A stretch of DNA of 46,735 bases from Deferribacterales bacterium (GCA_050251945.1 JBFWLW010000017.1:1-46735); one strand, 5' to 3'. Positions 8,518 through 18,455 are shown, numbered from the stretch's first letter. Program-made: numbers and translations. Notes: generated by a model from the letters alone, not told the origin.

Positions 8518-10407
8518 TTGCAGGACAGTAAAAGAGCCGTTTTGCTCTTCGTGCTTCTATCAGTTCTGACCATAGCCGCCGGCGCTGCTGTTGCCGTGTA
8601 CTGGTATGAGAATACCAAGTCCATCTACGAACAGCGTCTGATTGAGATAGTGCGCGCCCGCAAGGACATCTTCATATCTGTTTACGCACGGCTTTATGAA
8701 GACAGCCCCGAAACGGCGGCGGCGGACGCCATTGATATACTCAGAAAAAGTTTTAGTCCGACAGTATATAAAAGATATTCCACAGAGTTTTACACTGCCT
8801 CGCTCACAGGCGGCAAGTTTGCAGTTTTAAGCCACAGCAGGCGCGATAATCTTGATGAACATTCAGGTGATTTTTCAAACGTTCCGTCGGATTCCATACT
8901 CGCCATGGCGCTTTCGGACAGAAGCGGGCTTACGTCAGCTATGGATTTTACCGGAGAAAAGGTTCTTGCCGCATACGATCATGTGGATATAGGGAACGTC
9001 CGCTACGGCATGGTGGCGAAGATAAAGTATATAGACGTAATATCCCCCAAAACAAGAGCGGTGGTTTCGTCGGTGCTTATGGCGCTGGTGATAATCGTCG
9101 GCGGCGGTCTGGGGTTTTATATATTCTCCTCGCGCCGTGTGGACAGGCTGGTCAAGGCGAAGAAGGAACTTGAACTTTACGGAAATATTTTCGACAGTCT
9201 GGACGAATACGTCGCTTTTCTTGATAAGAATATGAGATACCTGTCCGCTAACAAGGCGTATCTGACCATTCTTGACGCGAAACCGGAGGAGATAGTCGGA
9301 AAGCCGTTCGGCGAAAAAATGAAAAAAAACCAGATGGACGAAATACTCTCGCCATACTTTGCAAAGGCGCTCAAAGGGAGCTTTGTGGCGTTTTCAGGCT
9401 GGTTCTCTCTGCCGGGCAGAGGAGAAACATATCTGGATGCATCGTTTCTGCCGCATATCGTTGAGGGCGAAGTGCAGGGTATTGTCGTGCGAGCCAGTGA
9501 CAGAACACAGGAAGCGGTTGCGAAAGAGGCTCTGATAGCCCGTTCCAGAGAACTGCAAAGACTTACTTCCGATCTTGAGGAGCGGGTGCACGAGGAGACG
9601 GCGAAGCGCATGATGCAGGAACAGCTTTTCTTCGAGCAGAAGAAATTTGCAGATATGGGGCAGATGATAAATGCCATAGCACACCAGTGGCGCCAGCCCA
9701 TAAACTCCGTAGGACTGTATATTCAGCTTGTATATGAAAGTTTTAAAGATAAATCGCTGGATGAGGATATGCTGGAAAACTTTAAGACGGATTCCATTAA
9801 ACTCATTCAGCATATGTCAAAAACAATCGACGATTTTCGCAGTTTCTTCAACCCGAGGAGCGAGGAAACTTCTTTTGAGGTTATCAAGGCGGTGATAGAC
9901 ACAGTATCCCTTGTGGAGGCACAGCTTAAGAACGTTTCAATAGATTTTGCAGTGACATGCCGATGCAGAGAACGGGATTTCGAGGTCTGTAACAACCTTC
10001 TGCGTCCGCCGTGCGAACTGCCCGAAACGCTTGTTAACGGTTTTTCATCCGAATTTCGTCAGGTGCTTATGAACCTTGTTCAGAATGCGAAGGATGTTCT
10101 TTTCGACAGACAGGGTAATAAAAAGGTGACGATCGCGGTTTCCGCTCTGGACGAAAACGTAACGGTATCAATCTCCGACAACGGAGGCGGTGTGCCTGAA
10201 AGCATAAAGAAAAAGATATTCGATCCGTATTTCACAACAAAACCGGAGGGCAAAGGCACGGGGATAGGGCTTTATATGTCGCGCCTGATAGTTGAAGAAC
10301 ACATGGGCGGCAAGATATCGGTGTATAACGACGAGGCGGGAGCCGTCTTTGTTATAATCCTGCCGAGGGTCAGCCCGAAGATGAAGAAGATTAATCCTGC
10401 AGTGTGA
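8518..10407 (+). CDS. Membrane PAS sensor histidine kinase with Cys4 insert in the ATPase domain
   Basis: Two TM segments, PAS domain, H-box IAHQWRQP, N-box MNLVQNA, DNGGG, GTGIGL; TTG start after GGAG (ORF open from 8494). Confidence 0.9.
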   Translation: MQDSKRAVLLFVLLSVLTIAAGAAVAVYWYENTKSIYEQRLIEIVRARKDIFISVYARLYEDSPETAAADAIDILRKSFSPTVYKRYSTEFYTASLTGGKFAVLSHSRRDNLDEHSGDFSNVPSDSILAMALSDRSGLTSAMDFTGEKVLAAYDHVDIGNVRYGMVAKIKYIDVISPKTRAVVSSVLMALVIIVGGGLGFYIFSSRRVDRLVKAKKELELYGNIFDSLDEYVAFLDKNMRYLSANKAYLTILDAKPEEIVGKPFGEKMKKNQMDEILSPYFAKALKGSFVAFSGWFSLPGRGETYLDASFLPHIVEGEVQGIVVRASDRTQEAVAKEALIARSRELQRLTSDLEERVHEETAKRMMQEQLFFEQKKFADMGQMINAIAHQWRQPINSVGLYIQLVYESFKDKSLDEDMLENFKTDSIKLIQHMSKTIDDFRSFFNPRSEETSFEVIKAVIDTVSLVEAQLKNVSIDFAVTCRCRERDFEVCNNLLRPPCELPETLVNGFSSEFRQVLMNLVQNAKDVLFDRQGNKKVTIAVSALDENVTVSISDNGGGVPESIKKKIFDPYFTTKPEGKGTGIGLYMSRLIVEEHMGGKISVYNDEAGAVFVIILPRVSPKMKKINPAV

Positions 10408-11179
10408 TCGTTCCTTTAAGGTAGTCCGCGCATTTTCCCGCTATCAGAACCCTGTCATAGTCAAGAGTGCAGAACAGCAGCCCGCCTCGCTTTGAAACCT
10501 GTCTTGCGATTAAAAGCTTTTTGCTCAGCTTTTCCGTCCAGTAGGGCGTCAGAAGGCAGTGTGCGGAACCTGTCACCGGATCTTCGCTGATTCCGATGTT
10601 CGGGGCGAAGAACCTGCTTACAAAATCACATGAAGAACCTTTCGCAGTTACTATTACTCCTCTGAGAGAAAGCTTTTTCAGTGCCGCGAAATCCGGCTTC
10701 ATATCAATGATATCCTGTTCGTTCTCGAATACCGCCATATAGTCGGAGGCGGAATAGACCTCGATAGGTTTAAATCCGAGCGCTTCCGCAAGACCTTCCG
10801 GTTCTGCGCAGGGTTCGTATTGTGCGACAGGGAAGTCTAGTTCGAGGATGTCGCCCTTGTTTTTAACGCGCAGTGCGCCGCTTTTTGACTGAAACTCAAG
10901 TATCTGTCCGGTGAAACCTTCGTGGTGGAACATCACATGTGCGGACGCAAGGGTGGCGTGTCCGCAGAGGTCTACCTCTGTTTCAGGCGTGAACCAGCGG
11001 ATATGGAGCCTGCCTTCTCGGGTGAAGATGAAGGCTGTTTCAGAAAGGTTGTTTTCTGCGGCGATCTTCTGCATCAAATCGTCGGAAAGTTCCGCCGACA
11101 GAGGACATACGCCCGCGGGATTGCCTCCGAACACGTTTCCTGTAAATGCATCTATTTGATAAAATCTGATCTCCGCCAT
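10391..11179 (-). CDS. PhzF-family isomerase/epimerase
   Basis: YQIDAF...GGNPAGV, NLSETAF, EVDLCGHATLA, EDPVTGSAH. Confidence 0.92.
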   Translation of the reverse strand: MAEIRFYQIDAFTGNVFGGNPAGVCPLSAELSDDLMQKIAAENNLSETAFIFTREGRLHIRWFTPETEVDLCGHATLASAHVMFHHEGFTGQILEFQSKSGALRVKNKGDILELDFPVAQYEPCAEPEGLAEALGFKPIEVYSASDYMAVFENEQDIIDMKPDFAALKKLSLRGVIVTAKGSSCDFVSRFFAPNIGISEDPVTGSAHCLLTPYWTEKLSKKLLIARQVSKRGGLLFCTLDYDRVLIAGKCADYLKGTITLQD

Positions 11180-11194
11180 GATTAACCTCTTAAT

Positions 11195-11262
11195 AGACTG
11201 CTTCGCTTCGCTCGCAGAGACCGTTGAAGGTCTTTGCGAGGAACGAAGTGACGAAGCAATCT
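11195..11262. repeat. Inverted pair of REP-like units
   Basis: AGACTGCTTCGCTTCGCTCGCAGAGAC ... GTCTTTGCGAGGAACGAAGTGACGAAGCAATCT. Confidence 0.8.
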
Positions 11263-11265
11263 TTT

Positions 11266-12258
11266 TTATATGTTCTGGATTTTAAGAACTATTTTGCCGA
11301 AGTGTGCGTCGGCTTCCATCATTTTATGCGCTTCCACAACTTTTTCAATGGGGAACACATCGGAGATGATGGGAACGATGCTTCTGTCTGCGAATTTAGG
11401 CAGTGCAGTTTTCGTGAATTCCGCAACTATCTCGCCTTTCATGGATACCGGGCGGCTTCTGAGTACGGAGCCGATTATCTGCTGACGTTTTACCATCATC
11501 AGAGCAAGGTTGAGTTCCGCCTTGATACCGCTTATGACGCCTATTATGACCAGTCTGCCTGCATATCCCAGAGAGTCCATATTGGGTTTCAGGTATTTAG
11601 CGCCGACGTGGTCGAGTATCACGTCCACTCCCTTTTTATTGGTGAACTCTTTGACCGCTTCGGAGAAGTCGGGAGTGGTTGTGTAGTCTATAACAAGCGC
11701 CGCGCCGAGTTTTTTGACGTTCTCCATCTTAGAGGGAGCCGCTGTGATTATATATTTTGAATCCGGTGCAAGTGCGTTCGTAAGCTGTATAGCGGCAGTG
11801 TTAACACCGCCTCCGCCGCCGTGGAAGATGGCGGATTCGCCGTTTTTCAGTCCGCCTATCATGAAGACGTTTGAAAACGCCGTGATGTATGATTCGCAAA
11901 CGCATGCAGCCTCTTCGTATGTCATGGAATCCGGGATAGGCATGAGGTGGCATGCATATGCAACTGCATATTCGGCATAACCGCCGCCGCCGACCAGAGT
12001 CATTACCCTGTCTCCTTTTTTCCATCCTTTGACATCCGCGCCCAGCTCCTCAATTATCCCTGCGACCTCAAGCCCGAGGATCTCGGAATCGCCTGCGGGG
12101 GGCGGATATTTGCCCTCTCGCTGAACAAGGTCTGGTCTGTTGACGGATGTTGCGGCAACTTTTATGAGAACCTGATCGGCAGAGGGTGCGGGTTTTTCTG
12201 CCTCGCCGACGTACATGTTTTCTGCCGGTCCGAATTCTTTGAGCAGGACTGCCTTCAT
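11266..12258 (-). CDS. NAD(P)H:quinone oxidoreductase (PIG3/zeta-crystallin, MDR family)
   Basis: SVNRPDLVQREGKYPPP, LGLEVAG, GGGYAEY, HFGKIVL; start MKAVLL after GAGG RBS. Confidence 0.92.
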   Translation of the reverse strand: MKAVLLKEFGPAENMYVGEAEKPAPSADQVLIKVAATSVNRPDLVQREGKYPPPAGDSEILGLEVAGIIEELGADVKGWKKGDRVMTLVGGGGYAEYAVAYACHLMPIPDSMTYEEAACVCESYITAFSNVFMIGGLKNGESAIFHGGGGGVNTAAIQLTNALAPDSKYIITAAPSKMENVKKLGAALVIDYTTTPDFSEAVKEFTNKKGVDVILDHVGAKYLKPNMDSLGYAGRLVIIGVISGIKAELNLALMMVKRQQIIGSVLRSRPVSMKGEIVAEFTKTALPKFADRSIVPIISDVFPIEKVVEAHKMMEADAHFGKIVLKIQNI

Positions 12259-12440
12259 TTTTTGTACCTCCAATGCATCTTTGAACAAATAGTAAAATAA
12301 GCTGTTGAATACAGCGTTAGTTTGGCACAAAAAAGCTGTTTTGAAAATATGAAAAAAACCTCCGTGCGACTTAACACTTGAAATTTGCGGTCAACAGTTT
12401 AAAATCGTTTTTTTCCGTAGTTTATAATAAAAAGATAATG

Positions 12441-12517
12441 AGATCGCTTCGTTGTTTTAGTCCCCGCGAAGACTGAAACCGTCTCTGCGAGGAAGCCGGA
12501 GGCTGACGCGGCAGTCT
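12441..12517. repeat. Inverted pair of REP-like units in the leader of the ABC operon
   Basis: AGATCGCTTCG...CGCGAAGAC / GTCTCTGCGAGG...GACGCGGCAGTCT. Confidence 0.7.
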
Positions 12518-12536
12518 GCTTTTAAAAGGTGAGTTT

Positions 12537-13502
12537 ATGAAAAAAATATTAGCAGTCGTTCTTTCGCTGGTGTGCTTTTCGGCATATGCGGCGGGCGGAC
12601 CAAAACAGATAGGTATTTCCCAGATAGTTGCGCATCCCGCTCTTGACGCTGTTCAGAAGGGTATCATTGACGGCGTTGAAAAATGCGGACTTAAAAACGG
12701 TAAGGACGTTGTTTTCGACGTTCAGATTGCCAATGGAAACATGGTGACGGCAGGGCAGATAGCCGACAAGTTTATCGGTGCCAAAAAGGACGTTGTTGTG
12801 GGCATCGCAACCCCTACGGCTCTTGCTCTTGCAAGCGCGTTTATGAAAAATTCGCCCAAAACACCCGTAATCTTTTCTGCTGTGACCGACCCTGTCGGTG
12901 CAAGGCTGGTTAAGGACATCAAAAGACCCGGCGGAAATATCACAGGTGTGAGCGACATGCTCCCTATCGACACACAGTTTCAGCTTATATACGACATGGG
13001 GCTTAAACCGAGGGCTGTTGGTATAATCTATAACGCAGGCGAGCAGAACAGCCGTTCACAGCTTGATCTGACGAAAAAGGCAGCCGCCGCCCGCAAGGTC
13101 AGGCTGATTGAGCGCGCCATCGCGAGTTCGGCAGACGTTGCCGCTGCCACAAACGGTCTTATGGGTCAGGTGGACGCTATATTTATAACGACTGACAACA
13201 CGGTGGTTTCCGCTCTGGAATCAGTGCTTAAAGTTGCCAACGCCAACAAGGTTCCGGTCTTTATGTCTGATACGGATTCCGTTAAACGGGGCGCACTGGC
13301 GGCGAGAGGTTTTGACTATTACAAACACGGTCTCCAGACAGGCGCTATGGTTTGCAGAGTGCTGAAAGGTGCTAAGCCTGCCGACACGCCTGTGGAGTTT
13401 CAGCATGACCTTCAGCTTGTTATAAATGCTAAGACAGCGTCGATTCTGGGCTTTAAAGTTCCGGCAGTTATGCTTAAAAAAGCTGACGAAGTAATAAAAT
13501 AA
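12537..13502 (+). CDS. ABC transporter substrate-binding protein (putative Trp/Tyr family)
   Basis: Signal peptide; IGISQIVAHPALD, IATPTA, FSAVTDPV, NITGVSD, DNTVVS. Confidence 0.9.
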   Translation: MKKILAVVLSLVCFSAYAAGGPKQIGISQIVAHPALDAVQKGIIDGVEKCGLKNGKDVVFDVQIANGNMVTAGQIADKFIGAKKDVVVGIATPTALALASAFMKNSPKTPVIFSAVTDPVGARLVKDIKRPGGNITGVSDMLPIDTQFQLIYDMGLKPRAVGIIYNAGEQNSRSQLDLTKKAAAARKVRLIERAIASSADVAAATNGLMGQVDAIFITTDNTVVSALESVLKVANANKVPVFMSDTDSVKRGALAARGFDYYKHGLQTGAMVCRVLKGAKPADTPVEFQHDLQLVINAKTASILGFKVPAVMLKKADEVIK

Positions 13503-14392
13503 TGACGACATACGCTTTGCTGGGAGCCGTTGAGCATGGACTTCTGTTCAGCCTCATGGCTCTCGGTGTTTTTCTTACGTTCCGTGCGCTTGATTTCCCC
13601 GATCTGTCTGTGGACGGCTCGTTTCCCATGGGTGCGGCGGTCTGCGCGGTGTGCATTACAAAGGGTGTCAATCCTTATGCCGCCGTTGTTGCAGGCGGTC
13701 TTGCAGGAGCCTGTCTGGGTTTCGTTACCGCTTTTCTCAATACTAAATTAAAAATTTTAAACCTTCTGGCGGGTATCCTTACGATGATAGCGTCATATTC
13801 GGTCATTCTGCGCATTATGGGTATGCCGAACCTGCCGCTTCTGGGCTATGACACTATTTTCACACCCATTGAGAATCTAGGGTTTTCGCCGCAGACGGCC
13901 GCGATAATCTTTTCCGCATGTGCTGCCGCGCTGGCGGCGCTTTTTCTCATATGGTTTTTCCACACGGACATGGGGCTTGCGCTCCGCGCCACTGGAGACA
14001 ATATGAAGATGGTGCGTGCGCAGGGGATAAGTACCGACAGGATGGTATTTATAGGCGTTTCTTTCAGCAACGGTCTGGTTGGACTTTGCGGGGCGATAGC
14101 CGCCCAGTCGCTTGGCTTTGCAGATGTCAACATGGGCATAGGCACGGTTGTTGCGGGGCTTGCGTCCGTTATCGTCGGTGAGGCGGTGCTTTCAAGCCGC
14201 AGTGTTCTGCGTGCGGTGATCGGTGTTATTCTCGGTTCAATGATATACCGCATGGCTATAGCCTATGCGCTTTCGTTCCAGATAGGTGATTTCCGCTTCT
14301 CTCCCGGCGACCTGAACATGATAACCGCGGTTATAGTTGTTGCGGCACTGACGTTTCCGGGGATGCGCAGAAAAGTTGGGGTCGGAAAATGA
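13502..14392 (+). CDS. ABC transporter permease (same family)
   Basis: LDFPDLSVDGSF, LRATGDN, GLASVIVGE; multiple TMs; TAATG coupling. Confidence 0.9.
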   Translation: MTTYALLGAVEHGLLFSLMALGVFLTFRALDFPDLSVDGSFPMGAAVCAVCITKGVNPYAAVVAGGLAGACLGFVTAFLNTKLKILNLLAGILTMIASYSVILRIMGMPNLPLLGYDTIFTPIENLGFSPQTAAIIFSACAAALAALFLIWFFHTDMGLALRATGDNMKMVRAQGISTDRMVFIGVSFSNGLVGLCGAIAAQSLGFADVNMGIGTVVAGLASVIVGEAVLSSRSVLRAVIGVILGSMIYRMAIAYALSFQIGDFRFSPGDLNMITAVIVVAALTFPGMRRKVGVGK

Positions 14393-15183
14393 TAGAACTT
14401 GTTAACGTACGCAAGGTGTTCAACCCGAAAACGGTGAACGAGAATGTTGCCGTAAAGGGACTGAATCTTAAAATAGAAAAAGGCGAGTTCGTTGCCGTGA
14501 TAGGCAGCAACGGAGCCGGAAAATCCACAATGCTTAACCTCATAGCAGGAATACTGTCGCCTGACGGCGGGCAGGTTCTGGCAAACGGGCGGGACATAAC
14601 TGCGCTTGCGGATTATAAGCGCGCATCGTTCATCGGTTCAGTGTTTCAGGATCCGCTGAGCGGCACTGCAAAGTCGCTGACCATAGAGGAAAATTTGGCG
14701 ATAGCCCTTAAAAGGGGGCAGAGCAGGTGGTTCCGAAAGGGTGTTAACAGGAAAAACAGGCAGTTTTTCAGTGAAAAACTGGCAACGCTGGGGCTTGGGC
14801 TTGAGAACAGGCTTAAGAGCAACGCGGGGCTTCTTTCCGGCGGTCAGAGGCAGTGCCTTACACTTCTGATGGCTGTGATGGCGAATCCTGAAATACTTCT
14901 TCTGGACGAACATACGGCGGCTCTTGACCCGAAGACGGCGGAACTTGTGATGAGCCTCACCAGAAAACTGGTTGAGGAGATGAACCTGACATGCCTGATG
15001 GTGACGCACAACATGAAACAGGCGATAGAGTTCGGTTCGCGCATTATCATGATGCACGGCGGCGAGGTTGTTGTGGATGTGCGCGGCGCACAGAGGCAGG
15101 GGCTTAAGGTGGCAGACCTGATGCACATGTTTGAACAGGTGCGCGGCGAGGGCATAGAGGATGACAAACTTCTGCTGTCTTAG
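14389..15183 (+). CDS. ABC transporter ATP-binding protein
   Basis: GSNGAGKST, LSGGQRQ, LLLDEHTAALDP, VTH. Confidence 0.93.
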   Translation: MIELVNVRKVFNPKTVNENVAVKGLNLKIEKGEFVAVIGSNGAGKSTMLNLIAGILSPDGGQVLANGRDITALADYKRASFIGSVFQDPLSGTAKSLTIEENLAIALKRGQSRWFRKGVNRKNRQFFSEKLATLGLGLENRLKSNAGLLSGGQRQCLTLLMAVMANPEILLLDEHTAALDPKTAELVMSLTRKLVEEMNLTCLMVTHNMKQAIEFGSRIIMMHGGEVVVDVRGAQRQGLKVADLMHMFEQVRGEGIEDDKLLLS

Positions 15184-15192
15184 ATAAAAATG

Positions 15193-15224
15193 AGATCGCT
15201 TCGGGCTGAAGGCTTCGCGAAGAC
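15193..15224. repeat. Single REP-like unit
   Basis: AGATCGCTTCGGGCTGAAGGCTTCGCGAAGAC. Confidence 0.7.
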
Positions 15225-15343
15225 TAAAACGAAGGTGAAACGGCCTCATTCATTTTCAATCTTAATCTGACATTTCTTTGATAATAAAAACAAGGCGATG
15301 CTTTATATTAAATAAGCGGCAAAACTCCATTGTGAGGCATGTC

Positions 15344-17080
15344 ATGTCAGTTCAGAAGCGTACCTTTGTTTTTATCACTGCTATTATAATTCTCATATGT
15401 ACAATATACACCTGTCTTCTGGAATATGAGGGCGCACGGCAGGCAGCGCAGGCGTCGCGGGAGAAGAAAGAGGTCATAACAGGTCTTTACAATGATTTCC
15501 CCATCCGCATCGACAAATTATTAAGCCAGAAAACAAGAGAGCTGGCTTCCGACAGGGACGTAGTTTCAGCTCTGAAAAAAGGCGACAGAACCGCCCTGGC
15601 TTCTGCCGCATATAAACTTTATGACAGGATGTCGGACGAGTTCAACCGCGAAAAGATCATCATGAATTTTATAATGCCCGACGGCACAATTCTTCTGCGT
15701 ATGTCCGTTCCGAAAAAATACGGAGATGCAATGAATGGCAGCAGAGTGCTTTTCGACAGGGCGGTGCAGACGGGTTTTGCCCAGTCCGGAACGGAAGAGG
15801 GACTGAGCGGGGTTTTTATCCGGAATATCCTTCCGATCTATTCCGACGGCGTATGCATAGGCTATGCAGAGGCGGGCGTTACCCTTGATTTTCTGGTGAA
15901 ACGCATAAGCGCCACCATGAAAATGGATGGGGCGGTTCTGATTTTCAGCAGATTTGCCGACGCCATATCCGGCATCACGGACTATACGAGATTTTCCGAC
16001 AGATACATGCTTTTCAGCACCGACGACGTGCTTTTCAGGTCAATACTCACACATTTTTACGGAAAAGACGGTGAGGATTCCCACGAGTCGTATCATGACA
16101 AAAGATACCATATCATAAACGGCATAGATATTCCCGACGCAACGGGGACGGTAATAGGCGAACTGGTGTTCCTTTCCGACGAGACGGGGCAGTATCATAA
16201 GATGATGCGCCATATCGTAATTTCTGCTCTCATAGGTGTATTCATAATCCTTATCTCAATACTTGTGATGAAGCGTAACTTTATCGACCTGATAGGCGAT
16301 CTGGAATACAGGCACAATAAGATTGAGCAGAAACTCAAAGATTACAGCCGCAATCTTGAAACTCAGATGGATACGGCACTTGAGAAGCTTGCCGAATCCG
16401 AACAGACCATACAGAACCGGAAAAAGATGTCCGACATAGAGCGCATCACCGACGCTATGTCCCAGAAGCTTGCGAAACCTCTGTCATATATGAAGAACAG
16501 CATACAGAAGATGGAGAACAGCGAAGCCGCTAAAGAACAGCTGGGGCTGATAATGGAGATGGAACAGTATCTTGACGAGGTGAACAGCTATTTCCGCAAA
16601 TACGACGGGAAAGAGGTATTTGACGTTTCGGAGGAGATTCAGGCGCTTCTTTACATCATGCGCAGTCACCTGAAACAGAACGACATAAAGGTCTATCTTA
16701 CGGAAAAGGACGATATCAGCATGGAGGTTTTCGGGTACAGGGGCGAGTTTAAACAGGCTCTCATGAACGTTATAACCAACTCTGTGGACGCTCTGAAAGT
16801 GAAACACCCCGACTCGGTTGATTTTGAAGCGGCTGTCCGTATAAATGTGGAGGTGGACGGCGGAAGCGTACGGGTCACCGTTACGGACAATGGAGGCGGA
16901 ATTGAGAACATCGCACGGATATTCGATTCCGGTTACACCACAAAGGGGAGCGGATACAGCGGTCTTGGGCTTTTCATTGCCAAAAATATAATCGAAAAAC
17001 ATATGAACGGGCGCATCTATGCACACAACACAGATGACGGCGCTTCATTTATCATCCTTGTTCCCGCCTTTCAGTCCTGA
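15344..17080 (+). CDS. Cache-domain sensor kinase-like protein with degenerate H-box
   Basis: Two TMs flanking a Cache-like region; intact N/G1/G2 boxes (MNVITNS, DNGGG, SGLGL); H-box reads DAMSQKLAKP; start MSVQK after GAGG. Confidence 0.8.
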   Translation: MSVQKRTFVFITAIIILICTIYTCLLEYEGARQAAQASREKKEVITGLYNDFPIRIDKLLSQKTRELASDRDVVSALKKGDRTALASAAYKLYDRMSDEFNREKIIMNFIMPDGTILLRMSVPKKYGDAMNGSRVLFDRAVQTGFAQSGTEEGLSGVFIRNILPIYSDGVCIGYAEAGVTLDFLVKRISATMKMDGAVLIFSRFADAISGITDYTRFSDRYMLFSTDDVLFRSILTHFYGKDGEDSHESYHDKRYHIINGIDIPDATGTVIGELVFLSDETGQYHKMMRHIVISALIGVFIILISILVMKRNFIDLIGDLEYRHNKIEQKLKDYSRNLETQMDTALEKLAESEQTIQNRKKMSDIERITDAMSQKLAKPLSYMKNSIQKMENSEAAKEQLGLIMEMEQYLDEVNSYFRKYDGKEVFDVSEEIQALLYIMRSHLKQNDIKVYLTEKDDISMEVFGYRGEFKQALMNVITNSVDALKVKHPDSVDFEAAVRINVEVDGGSVRVTVTDNGGGIENIARIFDSGYTTKGSGYSGLGLFIAKNIIEKHMNGRIYAHNTDDGASFIILVPAFQS

Positions 17081-17143
17081 CTCTTGACATTGCGTACTGA
17101 TGTGCAATTATATGAAAAATTATATATTGCATGGGAGGTCGGG

Positions 17144-17758
17144 ATGTCCGAAAGATTCGATAAAGCAGCAAAAAACTGGGATGAGAAACCGCGCAGGGTT
17201 AAACTGGCGAAAAATATATGCGCAGCTATCAAAGAACGCGTGAAAATAGACAGAAACAGCAGGATAACTGATTTCGGAACCGGAACGGGGCTTATTCTGC
17301 TTGGGCTTTCTGATGTTGCGGGCAGCCTGACCGGAGTTGATTTTTCAAAAGGGATGCTTGATGTGCTGAGAGAGAAGGCGAAGACAGCCGGAATAGAGAT
17401 AAACACCCGCGAATTTGATATAGAAAAGGATGATTTTGAACCGGAAGGCGCGGACATCATCACGGCGAGCATGGTAGCCCATCACCTGCAAAATCCGGAA
17501 AAACTTTTCAGCAAGGCATATAAAGGGCTTTCAAATGGCGGATATCTATGCGTCAGCGATCTTTGCGAAGAGGGCGGCGATTTCCACGATAATCACAGCG
17601 AGGTGCATCATCACGGATTCAGCTTGGCGCTTATGAAAGAGCTTTTTGAAAAGGCGGGATTTAAAGACGTGGTCATTGAAAACGCGGCGGAGATAGAGAA
17701 GGAAAGAGGCGGCGTTGTCACCGCCTATCCCGTATTTTTAGCGACAGGCGTTAAATAG
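17144..17758 (+). CDS. Class I SAM-dependent methyltransferase
   Basis: FDKAAKNWD, DFGTGTG, GVDFSKGML, SMVAHH; GGAGG RBS. Confidence 0.88.
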   Translation: MSERFDKAAKNWDEKPRRVKLAKNICAAIKERVKIDRNSRITDFGTGTGLILLGLSDVAGSLTGVDFSKGMLDVLREKAKTAGIEINTREFDIEKDDFEPEGADIITASMVAHHLQNPEKLFSKAYKGLSNGGYLCVSDLCEEGGDFHDNHSEVHHHGFSLALMKELFEKAGFKDVVIENAAEIEKERGGVVTAYPVFLATGVK

Positions 17759-18380
17759 CCTCTGCCGCTTCGTTTTGTTTTTTCCCTCTGAGCAGATGCA
17801 CCAGAAGATATACTATCGGTGTGTCAAGAAGGGCTATCACGAGTTTCACAGCCCACTGCCCGAGGATAAGCGGAATGACGGGCATCTGTCCGTAGAACGC
17901 TATCATTATAAATATGACCGAATCCAGAAGCTGCGACATGGCTGTGGAGAGGTTGTTGCGAATCCAGAGGTGTTTGTCCCCTGTCTTTGCTTTTATGAAA
18001 TGGAACAGCCATACGTCGTGATACTGGCTTATGAGATATGCCGCAAGGGACGCAGCTATTATCCTTGATGAGGATGAGAGCACGGACGCGTATGCACCCT
18101 GATTCTGCCAGAAGGGCGCCGCAGGCAGTGCCACCGATATCTGGATCAGTACGGCGACAATCGCAAGGCTGATGAATCCGCCTGTAACTATGTTGTTGGC
18201 GGTCTTTCTTCCCCAGACCTCGGTTATTGTGTCGGACATTATGAATGTCACGGAATAGGCGAGTATACCCGCAGGTACAACAATACCCGCTATTATTATT
18301 ATCTTGCTGGCGAGAACCGAGGCTATCGTCAGTGATGAAATAAACACTGCCGTGAGTACGGCAAGACTTCTGTCGTTCAT
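17751..18380 (-). CDS. yhhQ: Queuosine precursor (preQ0/preQ1) transporter, VUT family
   Basis: TFIMSDTITEVWG, ASLAAYLISQYHDV, LWIRNNLSTAMSQLLDSVIF, ALLDTP. Confidence 0.9.
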   Translation of the reverse strand: MNDRSLAVLTAVFISSLTIASVLASKIIIIAGIVVPAGILAYSVTFIMSDTITEVWGRKTANNIVTGGFISLAIVAVLIQISVALPAAPFWQNQGAYASVLSSSSRIIAASLAAYLISQYHDVWLFHFIKAKTGDKHLWIRNNLSTAMSQLLDSVIFIMIAFYGQMPVIPLILGQWAVKLVIALLDTPIVYLLVHLLRGKKQNEAAEAI

Positions 18381-18455
18381 TTTTCCCTCTTTTTGGTGTA
18401 TAACTGCGGAATATATCCCGATGCGGGTTAAAAATCCAGATAAATGTGAGGCGAT

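Noticed and set aside
18381..18455. preQ1 riboswitch upstream of yhhQ
   Set aside because: No GGTTC..C..CCC stem-loop plus A-rich tail recognisable; the 75-bp spacer is barely enough for two promoters
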